DNA of 62,978 nucleotides, the filler included, from Licmophora abbreviata (taxonomy: Eukaryota), in assembly GCA_900291995.1 (NCBI GenBank). It is 18 parts of 18 records of this genome, joined end to end, with 100 filler letters (N's around TTAATTAATTAA, not from the genome) between each part and the next. Parts side by side here need not be neighbours in the genome. Positions count along the whole stretch, not along the records: positions 5,637 to 13,487 come from OLMU01003184.1; positions 13,588 to 19,058 come from OLMU01003185.1; positions 19,159 to 22,454 come from OLMU01003187.1; positions 22,555 to 25,906 come from OLMU01003189.1; 14 more parts are not named here. One strand, written 5' to 3'. This document shows, piece after piece, positions 13,044-23,385 of the stretch (the first letter of the stretch is position 1; every line of letters starts with the position of its first letter). The position numbers were made by a program, and so were the translations under genes. Under the pieces are notes generated by a model. It saw nothing but the letters and a program-made list of their open reading frames with translations, searched no databases and was not told the origin of the DNA.

Positions 13044-13407
13044 TTAAACTACTACTGAACTGACGATGGGACCTTCATTGGGTCCTTCGAGAGTATTGTG
13101 CGCCGTTTAAAGCAAATGCTCTAACATAATATTTATGTGCTCCATTATTTCGCTACCGGCCAGATGAGCAATCGACGTCTAGAAAGTGAAGACGGAGCGG
13201 GAATCAGACTCCTCCGATATGACAAATAGAAACCGAAGACACAAGTACGACGACAAGAAGCCACATCTCGACACAAGAAACCAACCAAGAAGAAGGCGCC
13301 ACGCGACATGACAACCTACAGCTAGGCACGACCAAGGTGACCTAGATCAGCCAAACACGTCGGAAAGTTCACTTTATGTGCAAGTCCCATCATCAGTAGT
13401 AGTTTAA
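13044..13407. mobile_element. Putative non-autonomous terminal-inverted-repeat element (MITE-like), 356 bp, flanked by TTAA
   Basis: TTAA|ACTACTACTGAACTGACGATGGGAC at 13044-13072 and GTCCCATCATCAGTAGTAGT|TTAA at 13384-13407; no ORF of 60 aa or more inside. Confidence 0.5.
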
Positions 13408-13843
13408 AACACTTGGTAACCACGGTTCGTCTAACAAAAAAGTGTTACCCGCGATTGCAGCGCCCTCGAGAATTTAGAGGAGCATGGNNNNNNNNNNNNN
13501 NNNNNNNNNNNNNNNNNNNNNNNNNNNNNNNTTAATTAATTAANNNNNNNNNNNNNNNNNNNNNNNNNNNNNNNNNNNNNNNNNNNNCTCATGATCGTCG
13601 ATACTAATCAGATACTCAGTTGGAATGGACAGATCTGTTGAACGAGAAGCTGGGCGAATATTCGATGAAGCTAGACTTCATAGTATTTTGGAATCCATTA
13701 CAGTCGCGCGAACAATACTAAGCCCTGATAATATCTAGACTACTGTTGATAGAGACGAGCAAAACTTGCAGGACATTGCATCATAGTCTCTTCTCTAAAA
13801 GAGTACGATATAGTTGCACCACATGCATCGAACTCAGTAGATG

Positions 13844-15048
13844 CTATCCTCCATGTGACGCAACCGAGTCATCTCGGTCACAATCAAAGTATGCAGCATT
13901 CTTCGTGGATGCCTCCTCTGCTTCCTGCATGATGCGCTGCATCATTTCGTCCACTGTCGGTATATCATTAATCAAGCCCTGACACTGACCCACGAATTGA
14001 ACACCGCCGTTGAGCTTGCCGTCTAATGTAGCCGCCATAATGGATTGAGTTGCCGCCCCAAATTGGGCGACCGTATACATCTTGTTGAACTGGGTAAGCA
14101 GTCCCGGAATAACTTTGTAAAGGGGGACATTCATCTGCTGCGCTGCTTGAAAGGCTCGATAAACCACAACGGGAAACCAGGGTCGGCTTTTCATCAGTTT
14201 CTCTGCAGTCGGTGTGTTCAACACCCGAGCCGGGATTCCATCGAAATTGCTACCGTAGATAGTATCGGCTTCACTCGACTGCACAATAGCGTCTTTCATT
14301 GGACTAGCGAGAGGACTATCACGCGTTGTGGCCAGTCTACTTCCCATCGCGACCGCGTCGGCTCCCAACGTCAATGCCGCCGAGAGACCCTGTCCATTCG
14401 CAAAGCCACCCGCTGCTACCAGCGGAGCTTCTGGAAAGTGCTTTGCCAGAGAAGGAATCAAAACCAACGAAGCGACGTCGCCTCCATGTGCAGCTGCCTC
14501 GTGTCCAGTCGCCATCAAGGCATCGGCACCCGAGTTGAGCGCTGCATCGGCATGTTTCGAATTTGTCACTGTAGCCAGAACTGTTCCACCATAAGCATGC
14601 ACTGCATCTGCTATCCAGTCCGCCTTTCCTAGACTGATATTGATCAGCGGCACTTGCTCTTCCACTGCTACTTTGGCATTCTCGGTGGCACCCGGCATGA
14701 GTAAGGTCGCCCCGATTCCAAAAGGCTTGTCGGTCAATTGTCGAATACGACGGATCGATGCACGAGCTTCGTCCGCATTCAAGGGTCCCGTCGCCAGTAT
14801 GCCGAAGCCGCCTGAGGAGAGAAGGGAGAAAGAACCTTCCATTAGCTAATGGTGTTGACAAAGAAGAGCAATACCATCTTCATTCATGGCATCAAAGGCA
14901 AGCATCAGTATGAACTACTCTCCGCACCTGCATTGCTTACAGCCGCCACGAGTTCAGGCGTACTGATCCAGCTCATTCCAGGAAGTATCACCGGATATCG
15001 ACATTTTAGTAAACGCGTAATGCGTGTTTGAATCTGCGGGTACGCCAT
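13844..15048 (-). CDS. Nitronate monooxygenase / FabK-like FMN-dependent oxidoreductase; one intron (about 14812-14927)
   Basis: MAYPQIQTRITRLLKCRYPVILPGMSWISTPELVAAVSNAG|GFGIL.., GHEAAAHGG, LVAAGGFANGQG, LGADAVAMGSRL, GQCQGLINDI. Confidence 0.85.
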
Positions 15049-15568
15049 GCTTCAAAGAGCAGTGGAGCTGTTCGTGCTTTGTGTGTCCTTGATGCTGATT
15101 GATGCCTGATGATGCCGATGTGATGGTGATAGTGTCATGAATTTGCCTTCGCCATTACATCATCGACGCGCCATTTTTGACATCATTCGCCACATCCTCG
15201 CGCGGGGCCGCGCAGCCGCGTCGGGCGAACCCACGGATTGAGGATTGGAACACTTTCAACTTCTCACAAAAGTGGTGCACCACTCTGTTCATATCTCGCC
15301 GTATCGGCTCTGTCAAACTTCGCACGGTCATTGCGCTCCAGCATGAGCTACTTGAACTTTTGCTCTCCTAAGACGCTGTCAAAAATCCAATTTCTACGAT
15401 CGAGCAAGACAGTAGACCTACCCTGCATAAGCCATTACTATACAAAGAAGATCAAACGACGCCAACGAATGGAGCTTGGGACGAGAAGGCTCGCCGTCAT
15501 ACCTTCGACGAGGCATTCGAAGTAACTCCGTCGCAACACCATTGTAAGTTGTTCGCATCCATTCTATT

Positions 15569-16615
15569 TTAGGATTTACCGTGCGTGAGAGGAGATTCTC
15601 TCATTGTAATGGATACTCGCCGATCCGACAGCAAGTCTTCATTCCGAATGGCATGCGAATAGTCGTACCTCGCCTTACCCGTCAAGACTTGAAGCGTCCG
15701 ACGTCTTAACAAGACACGAACATTTGAATGATCAGTGCTGCTGCTGGTACTAGCCGTGCCCTTCTTTTCGTTTCGAAACGTCATGTAGCAGTCTCCGATG
15801 AGGGAAAGGTTGGCAATCGGTTCTTTCGACAGCTGTCGGTCGTCGACATGACGCTGAAGGTAATGCCCCTGTCGTCGACGATAATCAATGGCGTTTGATT
15901 CATTGGGGACACATCCCGCGAGGGGTTCCAGTCGAGCGAGCTTTTCAAGTAGTATGTCGTGCACAAAGGGAGGCAGCGGATGTTCTGGAGCACTGACACG
16001 ACGGTCGCGTAGGTTGCAGTGCACGCCCCAACGCTTCCCTAAATGATCCCCATTGAACCTAGCAAACTTCCAAGGCAGAAAGTCATGGCGATTGGCATCA
16101 CTGCTCCCCCCATCCAATTGCGCTTGTATCAAGGTTTCTTCCTCTTCTGTGATAAACTCTTCGTAGAGGAATAGACCGGGAATCGGTTCACTGGTCGGAC
16201 GGATGATATTCGGAATGTCGATGCGTCGACGCTTGTTTCGAGTCGAGGCATGTTTCCACCACGGAACTGGATGGGATTCTTTGATCGAGGAGGCTTCAGT
16301 GCCTTCGTCTTCCTTGCCGTCTTTGTCGTGGACTGCAAATACTCGTTTGGCCGCGACGGCAGAAGCCTTCGAATCTTTGACATCCTCTCTCGCCGATGGC
16401 TCTTTCAACGCCTCATCTTGAACTCTACTCCCCGTACAAGTTTCCGCATGCCGTCCTAGTACATACATAGGAAAGCTCTTTTGACACATGGGACAAACCC
16501 CGAACCGACTCGCGTCGGAGGGTGGTGTATACCGTGGACGACGGCTCTTTTGTGCTTTGCTGTCATCGCGACCAGCAAAGAAACCTGCAATCCCCTGCTG
16601 ATAGCGAGGCGACAT
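15569..16615 (-). CDS. AlkB-family Fe(II)/2OG dioxygenase with N-terminal UBZ4-type zinc finger
   Basis: CPMCQKSFPMYVLGRHAETC; PGLFLYEEFITEEEE; HVD..H (YSHAI) triad; RRVSITMR. Confidence 0.85.
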   Translation of the reverse strand: MSPRYQQGIAGFFAGRDDSKAQKSRRPRYTPPSDASRFGVCPMCQKSFPMYVLGRHAETCTGSRVQDEALKEPSAREDVKDSKASAVAAKRVFAVHDKDGKEDEGTEASSIKESHPVPWWKHASTRNKRRRIDIPNIIRPTSEPIPGLFLYEEFITEEEETLIQAQLDGGSSDANRHDFLPWKFARFNGDHLGKRWGVHCNLRDRRVSAPEHPLPPFVHDILLEKLARLEPLAGCVPNESNAIDYRRRQGHYLQRHVDDRQLSKEPIANLSLIGDCYMTFRNEKKGTASTSSSTDHSNVRVLLRRRTLQVLTGKARYDYSHAIRNEDLLSDRRVSITMRESPLTHGKS

Positions 16616-16659
16616 GAACGTAAGAAAACGAGTGTGCAAACACTCACAGTATGTTCATC

Positions 16660-16687
16660 GTGTGTGTGTGTGTGTGTGTGGTGTGTG
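16660..16687. repeat. (TG)n microsatellite between divergent genes
   Basis: gtgtgtgtgtgtgtgtgtgtg-gtgtgtg seen directly. Confidence 0.9.
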
Positions 16688-16928
16688 GCGCGCCATTTTT
16701 TGGCTTCGAAGTTCCAAACCTCGTCGCGCGTCAGCTACTCCAATGCTTTCGTACACATCCTACGTACAATCCTACGTGGAACGTCACAGCTCGCCATCCG
16801 CCAATGAATGTGGTCACATCTCAAGGATCACGCCGTCGCGTCGTCTAAGTGACCCGCACCGCAAGTGCCTGTATCCGTCCTTGTTCTGCTCTTTTGGTCC
16901 TTCTGACGCCCCCTCCTACCATTTGACC

Positions 16929-17921
16929 ATGTCGCTTTGTGCTAATTGCAATTCGCCCCTGGTGGACGGCGGCGGATTCGTTGAAAGCACGGTCAAGTCT
17001 TCTTCCAGCAATATCGACGGATCTTTGTCCTGCGTGCGTCTGTGCTACACCTGCCACTGGTTTCCTTCCTCTTCGTCGTCATCCATGTACACTACTGCTA
17101 GTACGGTCGCCACAGAATCAGCCCGCTGTCTCCATTGCACCGACGTGCCTTGTCCCAATCACGCTGCGGTCATGGCCACGTCCTTGGCTCGCTCCAAGCT
17201 CCAGGAGGCTCGCGTGCAGGGTGGCGTCGTAGCAGCGATGCACATTGTACTGCCTGTATCGCGTCAGGAACATGTCATTGCACAAGCCTACCAACAAGCG
17301 AAGTGTCAAGAGTACATGCAGTACCATAAGAGCAGGGGCTGGGCGAGTCGTCACTATCATTATGATAGCATGATGGAGGAGGATACGAACGAGAGTGTCG
17401 GGGAAGAAGAGGAGAATTGGATCGACTACTTTCAGAGCATTCATCCGGCTGTGGAAACTGACGATGCCATTGCTATGGAGGAGGAGTCGAATGTGTGTGA
17501 AACGTGTCATGCCGGGTTTCCGTGGAAGGAGGGTCGCAGCGAGTGTGACTCGTGTCATGCCAAGTCTAGCAGCCTCCGCGACGACGAAGCGACGTGTATG
17601 AAGTGTCATACGCCAACGGGAGCGGCGTGGAGAACGCACTGCTGGCCAGAGTGTTATCACGATATGAATGAATCTGCAGTAGTGACAGCGGTCATCGAAA
17701 TGACAAGCGAGCAAGTCGATCATCAGTTGCTGGGCTTCACGCGAGGCTTCGATCCGGACTGGCATTTGGACGCGGACGTTATGCGAGCTTCCAAACGAAT
17801 CAAGACTATTTCTGGATTGTGCGAAAGCTGTGGTAGCTCGGCATGTGGTCCGTGGACTAGTAGGTGCGACCTCTGCACCGGGCAGCTGCACCAAGCGCAG
17901 GAGCTGACAGTGGTGCTTTGA
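16929..17921 (+). CDS. Hypothetical Cys-rich protein with multiple CxxC/CxxCH motifs; start uncertain
   Basis: 330-codon ORF with CANC, CYTCH, CLHC..CPNH, CETCH, CDSCH, CMKCH, CWPEC, CESC, CDLC. Confidence 0.65.
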   Translation: MSLCANCNSPLVDGGGFVESTVKSSSSNIDGSLSCVRLCYTCHWFPSSSSSSMYTTASTVATESARCLHCTDVPCPNHAAVMATSLARSKLQEARVQGGVVAAMHIVLPVSRQEHVIAQAYQQAKCQEYMQYHKSRGWASRHYHYDSMMEEDTNESVGEEEENWIDYFQSIHPAVETDDAIAMEEESNVCETCHAGFPWKEGRSECDSCHAKSSSLRDDEATCMKCHTPTGAAWRTHCWPECYHDMNESAVVTAVIEMTSEQVDHQLLGFTRGFDPDWHLDADVMRASKRIKTISGLCESCGSSACGPWTSRCDLCTGQLHQAQELTVVL

Positions 17922-18286
17922 GGAGTGGGTCGTCGGAGAGCTATAAGTAGAGAGCAGCGAAGTAGTAGATTAGGGATATAAAATGTAAGGGAATGCGGCT
18001 AAAGTTGTCATGGTGCGACGGCGAGCCGTGGTGCTTTACCAAGTAGAGCTGGTCGGGGCTACCCGTCCGACACAGGAGGTTCTACTCAACTCTCCTTCAT
18101 GCCGACCCCGCAGACAAGACAAAAAGCTCACATACAAGCTAGTCGATTCTCTACGTAGAATATCTGTAGGGTGTCTACGAAGGTCATGAGAGTCGCGGCG
18201 ACGAACACGACGCGACTCGACCAGCCCCCGGCCAGTGATGCGGAAACAGCAGTTCAGAGGGCGAGAAACCTGATAACGCTACACAA

Positions 18287-19058
18287 ATGAATCCTACAAG
18301 TGATGGTGTAGTCAGGAAAGCGGCCAGTGAAAGCGGCGCGTCTGAAGCGACTGAAAAAGAGACGACAATGACCACCGATCGCCAACTGTCTGAGACTGCT
18401 CACAGTGCCATGTCATCATCAACTACAACGAGCTCGTCGACGAGTGCTCGCGACAGTAAAGATGGTTCTGCTTTCCCACCTTCTAATGATCTCTCGAGCG
18501 ACGACGAGGCGCCTGTCGGTGAGAGACGGGACTTGCTCAAATCGTACGACGAGGAATCGCCGACACTGCCGAAGGGCATCAAAATTGAGCTGAATCACGA
18601 CGTCGTGACGGATCTGAAACGGGGAACGTCGTTCTACGGACATCCGTTGCCTGAGGACAAAGCTGAAATAGAAATGACAGGAGAGGACAGTGGACTCGTC
18701 TGGCATGCGACTATTATCCCTGACAAATTCTTTCGTGACGATGGCAAGCTGAAACGAGGCCTACTGAAGCGCGACTTTGACTTTGAGAAGAAGACGGTCA
18801 AACCTCGACGCCCGACATTGCCAGTTACTGCAAGCAATTTCTTCCGATCGCTGACGAAGATAAGCGGCCCGCGCTGGATATTTCATGGCGTCTTGAATGG
18901 TTGGCCTGCCTTACAGTGCCTTGAGCTGATCAGTGTGGAGAGACGACGGGATGTAGGTGCTCTTGTTTCGCCAAAGGAGTTGGTGACAGGACAACTCATC
19001 TGGAAACACCACTGGCGAGCGGATCGTGAGGGCAAGGAAGGAAAAGATCCGCTCATGA
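18287..19058 (+). CDS. Hypothetical protein, truncated by linker
   Basis: Open frame of about 257 codons; Ser/Thr-rich N-terminus, then a globular-looking Trp-rich region (RWIFHGVLNGWP). Confidence 0.6.
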
Positions 19059-19158
19059 NNNNNNNNNNNNNNNNNNNNNNNNNNNNNNNNNNNNNNNNNN
19101 NNTTAATTAATTAANNNNNNNNNNNNNNNNNNNNNNNNNNNNNNNNNNNNNNNNNNNN

Positions 19159-20078
19159 CCACCGACGACTTTCCACCCGAGACGATTGCCAATTTGACGG
19201 CTTTGGGATTTCCGGAAGCGGAGGTCAAGCATTGTCTTCGAGCTGCAAATGGAAACCCCGACATCGCCGTCGAGTTCTTAACCAACGGTATTCCCCCTGG
19301 AATCTCGGCGGCCGGGGCTGCCTCTCCAGCAGCTGGCGGTGCCAGTGGTCAGCCACTTCAGGCTCTACGGAATCATCCACAGTTCGACGATCTCCGCCGT
19401 CTCGTTCAGTCTAACCCAGCGATGCTTCAGCAGGTGTTAACTCAGATTGGACAGCAACAGCCCGAACTACTTCAGCAAATCAATGCTAACCAGGCTCTCT
19501 TCTTGGAGATGATGAACGAACCGGTTTCTGGCGCTGCGCCGGCTCCGGGTGGCACTGCCCCGACTCTGAGTGCTCCCGCTCCTCCAGGAGGCAGCATGAT
19601 GGGCGCTGGGCCTTTAGGAGACCCGCAGCAGATGGCACAAATGCTACAGAACATGAACCCGGAAGAACTGAACCAAATGGCGAACATGATGGGACTGACG
19701 CCCGAGCAGCTACAAGCCACCGCTCGCATGATCGGACAGGTCCCGCCAGAGCAGCTGAACCAGCTCATGGCCCAGGCAATGGGAGGAGGCGGTCCTGAAG
19801 GCATGATGGGAGGAGGCGGAGGTGGTCAGCAGGTGCTTCGTCTGACAGAAGAAGAGATGGCGGCGGTGGATCGCTTGACCGAAATGGGCTTCGATCGTAC
19901 GGAGGCGGCACAGGCGTTTTTGGCGTGCGACAAGAACGAAGCTCTAGCGGCCAACTTATTGATGGACTCGATGGGACAAGGAGGCGGAGCGTTTGGTTTT
20001 GACGACTCTGGAGGAAATGACGATGGAGGAAACGACAACAGTGGTGGTAATGGCGACGGTGAGGACATGTACGACTGA
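19159..20078 (+). CDS. RAD23: RAD23 UV excision repair / ubiquitin receptor, 3' part (UBA, XPC-binding/STI1, UBA)
   Basis: LGFPEAEVKHCLRAANGNPDIAVEFL, LRNHPQFDDLRRLVQSNPAML, LTEEEMAAVDRLTEMGFDR..AFLACDKNEALAANLL; UBL domain missing, presumably in the gap. Confidence 0.9.
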
Positions 20079-20656
20079 AAGTAAGCCTTTCTGTCTGGGG
20101 TGGAATTTCGTAGTCTATTTAGATCGCTGTCGTGTGCAGTAAGTTGATCGCACAATCGATTCCATTGGCAGGCCCATATCGTTTCTTGGCTGCTTCGTTT
20201 GTTTGAGGCATGCCGTGTGGTGCGCGACGTAAACCTATCGAATACTGTTGAACTTACTGTAGCTATTTTTCTCTCGAAGGGCAAATTCGATAGAAGCTTG
20301 CCCTTTCTTTCTAATTGTCAGGGTTACCAAACAAGAGAGTTTAACGTTGCTAGATTGATCCCTTGCCTTTTTTACCGGCGTTCGGTTCATGTACCTAGGA
20401 GGTACATTAACGTCGCGAGGCCATCATATGAGCCGCATTGACGCAGAAGAGCTCGAGAATGTCAGCATCACACGCGGCGCGACTTTGTTCGCGCGCCGAG
20501 AGACGCGCTCTGTGTGTGTTTGATGTGACGATCCATCAACGACATTGTTTGAGACTAGTGCATTGCGTGCCAAGGACTCGATCCAATCCATTTAATCCAC
20601 AATATTAATTTGGATGCGTTGAGCTCAAACGTTTGTCTGAGTTCTAACGGAATTGG

Positions 20657-21082
20657 ATGGCGGGAACAGCAGAAGAACTGGCCGAAAAGGAGACTTCTTC
20701 TTCGTCGTCAGATGGTAATTCAGACGCGGCATCGGCACCAAGCGGCCATGCTATGCCATCGAAAGAAGTCGCTTCCTCTGACGTATCGGTACCTTCAACA
20801 TCACAGCCGATAGAGAAGGTTAAAGTTCATTTTGTGGCAGTAGGAAGCGCTCCGTTGATGAAAAAGACGAAATTCCAAATCGGGGCATCTCAAAGGTTCG
20901 GAGCTGTATCTGTGTTCTTGCGCAAGATGCTGAAGCTGAACGAGACTGGAAATTCACTCTTTTTGTATTGCAGCTCATGCTTTGTGCCAAGTCCAGACGA
21001 GTTACTGTCAGAGCTTAATGATTCTTTCAGTGTCCGAGGCGAGCTTGTCATCCACTATAGTTTACAGGAAGCATGGGGATAA
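20657..21082 (+). CDS. ATG12: Autophagy ubiquitin-like protein ATG12
   Basis: KVKVHFVAVGSAPLMKKTKF..LFLYCSSCFVPSPD..YSLQEAWG with terminal Gly. Confidence 0.93.
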   Translation: MAGTAEELAEKETSSSSSDGNSDAASAPSGHAMPSKEVASSDVSVPSTSQPIEKVKVHFVAVGSAPLMKKTKFQIGASQRFGAVSVFLRKMLKLNETGNSLFLYCSSCFVPSPDELLSELNDSFSVRGELVIHYSLQEAWG

Positions 21083-21167
21083 CATGCATCGCCAAACTGT
21101 GATCTGCGTTATTTCCTACATGCAGAATCACTTGTCCCTTCAGCCCCTAATGATCTAACACCATACC

Positions 21168-22205
21168 TCAGTCGCTTTCACTGCTGTACGATCTGCTTCG
21201 TCTTTCGCTTCTGTAACGGCGGCGATCCCGTTCGTAGCTACGACTGCGGCTTCTTCGCCTTCGACCAAATGAATCTCGATCATCATCTCGACGGGGTCGA
21301 TGCCGGTCGTAGTCTCTGTCATGGTATCGCCGATCGCCTCGATCTCTATCTTGTCGATAGTATCGACGATCCTCTTCTTCGTCATCGTACCGACGCCTTC
21401 TTTCTCTGTTCCTCCGCCACCGGTGTTCCTCTTCACTATCGACCGAGCGACTGTCTTCACTACCACTCTGGATCGACTCGTCGTCGTCACGTTCTGAATA
21501 CCTCAAGGATTCCTGTTTCTTAGAACCTTCTCCTCGCCTCTCATCGTCGGGTTGTTGCTGCATGGGTGTTCCCTGCTTGACGCGCGGGGGGCTCACAGAT
21601 CTTGGGCGCATCTCCACCAGAGCAGCCGCGGCCGGTACAGCAGGTGCTGCCACAGCTTCATTAGCATTCCTTACAAGCCCAGGGTTCGCGGCGATTGCCT
21701 CTCTCGCCCGTTCTGCTCGCTGAGAAGCTTGCTGCAAATAGCGATCCATCCCGGGATCTCGCGGTCGAGCCGGAGCTGGAGGAATGGATGTCTTCTTCTT
21801 TTGGGCAAGCTCTCTCTTCTTTTGCTCCAGGAGTTTCGAAGGAATCCCCGTCGAAGTTGACTGAGCATCTACCATAAGACTCCACAACTCTCCAGCAAAA
21901 GTAGCGGCTTCTTCTTCGCCAAGAAATCCCACCAGGTCCAGTTGAGCACGCCGTGGGTCGACGATCTGTGCGGGGGCGTCCTCCGCGGCAGTCGGCAAGA
22001 AGAGATTGATGGCCATACTCGACACGATTTCATCCTCAAATCCAAGAATGGAATTAATTTTCTCTTCGACCCACTGCGACAACACAGGAACATTGACCTT
22101 GCTTATAGTGACGCGAGTCGAAAAGCTCTCGGGGAACTTCGTCGACCGCAGCATTTTGGTCATGGCGTGGTTGTCGGCCACGCTCATGGTTCCCTTGATC
22201 GGCAT
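21168..22205 (-). CDS. PWI-domain SR-related splicing protein (SRRM1/SRm160-like)
   Basis: KFPESFSTRVTISKVN..WVEEKINSILGFEDEIV..FAGELWSLMVDAQ..GIPSKLLEQKK and an RS/RD-rich tail. Confidence 0.87.
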   Translation of the reverse strand: MPIKGTMSVADNHAMTKMLRSTKFPESFSTRVTISKVNVPVLSQWVEEKINSILGFEDEIVSSMAINLFLPTAAEDAPAQIVDPRRAQLDLVGFLGEEEAATFAGELWSLMVDAQSTSTGIPSKLLEQKKRELAQKKKTSIPPAPARPRDPGMDRYLQQASQRAERAREAIAANPGLVRNANEAVAAPAVPAAAALVEMRPRSVSPPRVKQGTPMQQQPDDERRGEGSKKQESLRYSERDDDESIQSGSEDSRSVDSEEEHRWRRNRERRRRYDDEEEDRRYYRQDRDRGDRRYHDRDYDRHRPRRDDDRDSFGRRRRSRSRSYERDRRRYRSERRSRSYSSESD

Positions 22206-22554
22206 TTTGAAATCGTCTATCTCTACCAATGATGCTGATGCGAGCTATAAATGGCGTTGCCGATACGGACTGTCTCCTCCGACACTTGTTTCGTCGCCGT
22301 CGTGATGGACAGTGTGGTCACAGTCTCGGCGTCGTTTCGTCGAAGAGTCGAAATGAATGAATGGTTGGCATCATCTCACATCGAGAAAAAACCTAGCTGC
22401 ATGTTTTCGTGGACCTCGTGACCGGGCGGACCTTTACTGTCATGACGCGTCCTCNNNNNNNNNNNNNNNNNNNNNNNNNNNNNNNNNNNNNNNNNNNNTT
22501 AATTAATTAANNNNNNNNNNNNNNNNNNNNNNNNNNNNNNNNNNNNNNNNNNNN

Positions 22555-23099
22555 TTGTCGTTGCTCGTCCACGACGACCGACTCCTCACCATCGTCTGTA
22601 GCAAGCGGTAGTTCATTGAATGATACCGAAAAATCTGAACCACTGTGCGGTGCTCGCTTCTGCCATGCGCGAAACAGTCCAAAGCACCCAAGTAGCAGCA
22701 TGAAGACCCCCACAAAGGATTCAAATACAGTTGTCAGCGCGTGCGGTACTTCCACCTCATCGTCCTTGCTTAGGCAAATGAGAACGATCCCGACAAGAAG
22801 CAAACCAGTCGAGTGGCCAATTCCCCATCGAACTCCAAGCGAAAAGGCTTGACAATTCCCCACGCCGGCACTCAGAGTCGCTAGCGCCGACAGATGATCC
22901 GGCCCGGTCAGGACATGCACGAATCCGAGGGCCTAAGTAAAAGAACAAGAATGTACAGGTACATAAAAAATAGACAGTATGAGGCTTGCGCAAGGACGGA
23001 AAAGACTGACGCCGCATCGGTCTGCTGTATCGTATCGACAAAAAGTCCGACAACACTCACGATTCCAGTTCCGACAAGTGAGACAGCCGACGATCCCAT
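22555..23099 (-). CDS. NiCoT/UreH-like nickel-cobalt transporter, 5' part; one intron; truncated by linker
   Basis: [30 protein letters not shown] (His-x5-Asp-His variant of the NiCoT TM2 signature), [12 protein letters not shown]. Confidence 0.75.
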
Positions 23100-23385
23100 T
23101 GGTCCCTTTTAACAACGCATGTGTAGCTCTTGGGGACAAACTTCACTTGTAAGTTCTTTCCATTGCCGCCATCAGTTCATAGATTCACAGCGCACATTTA
23201 TTTCACAACACATCATTGTGAGCATCATCACGCGCCTCTCACAGATTCAAGATCGCACCACGCGGGCGTGTGCCATATGCAATGTAACCCGGAAGATACG
23301 ATCTTTTGATCACAGAAATCGCGCGGCCGTGCGCTTTCAGCCCTTTAGGTTCTTTTGACATCAGCACATCAAATTCGAAACAACG

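Noticed and set aside
17118..17894. Long antisense ORFs (258 aa here; also 41664-42368, 51152-51823, 59764-60546) as overlapping genes
   Set aside because: They shadow better-supported genes on the opposite strand and show no recognisable motifs.
18287..20078. Fusion of the unknown protein with RAD23 in place of the UBL domain
   Set aside because: The two parts are separated by a linker of unknown true length that could hold the end of one gene and the start of RAD23.
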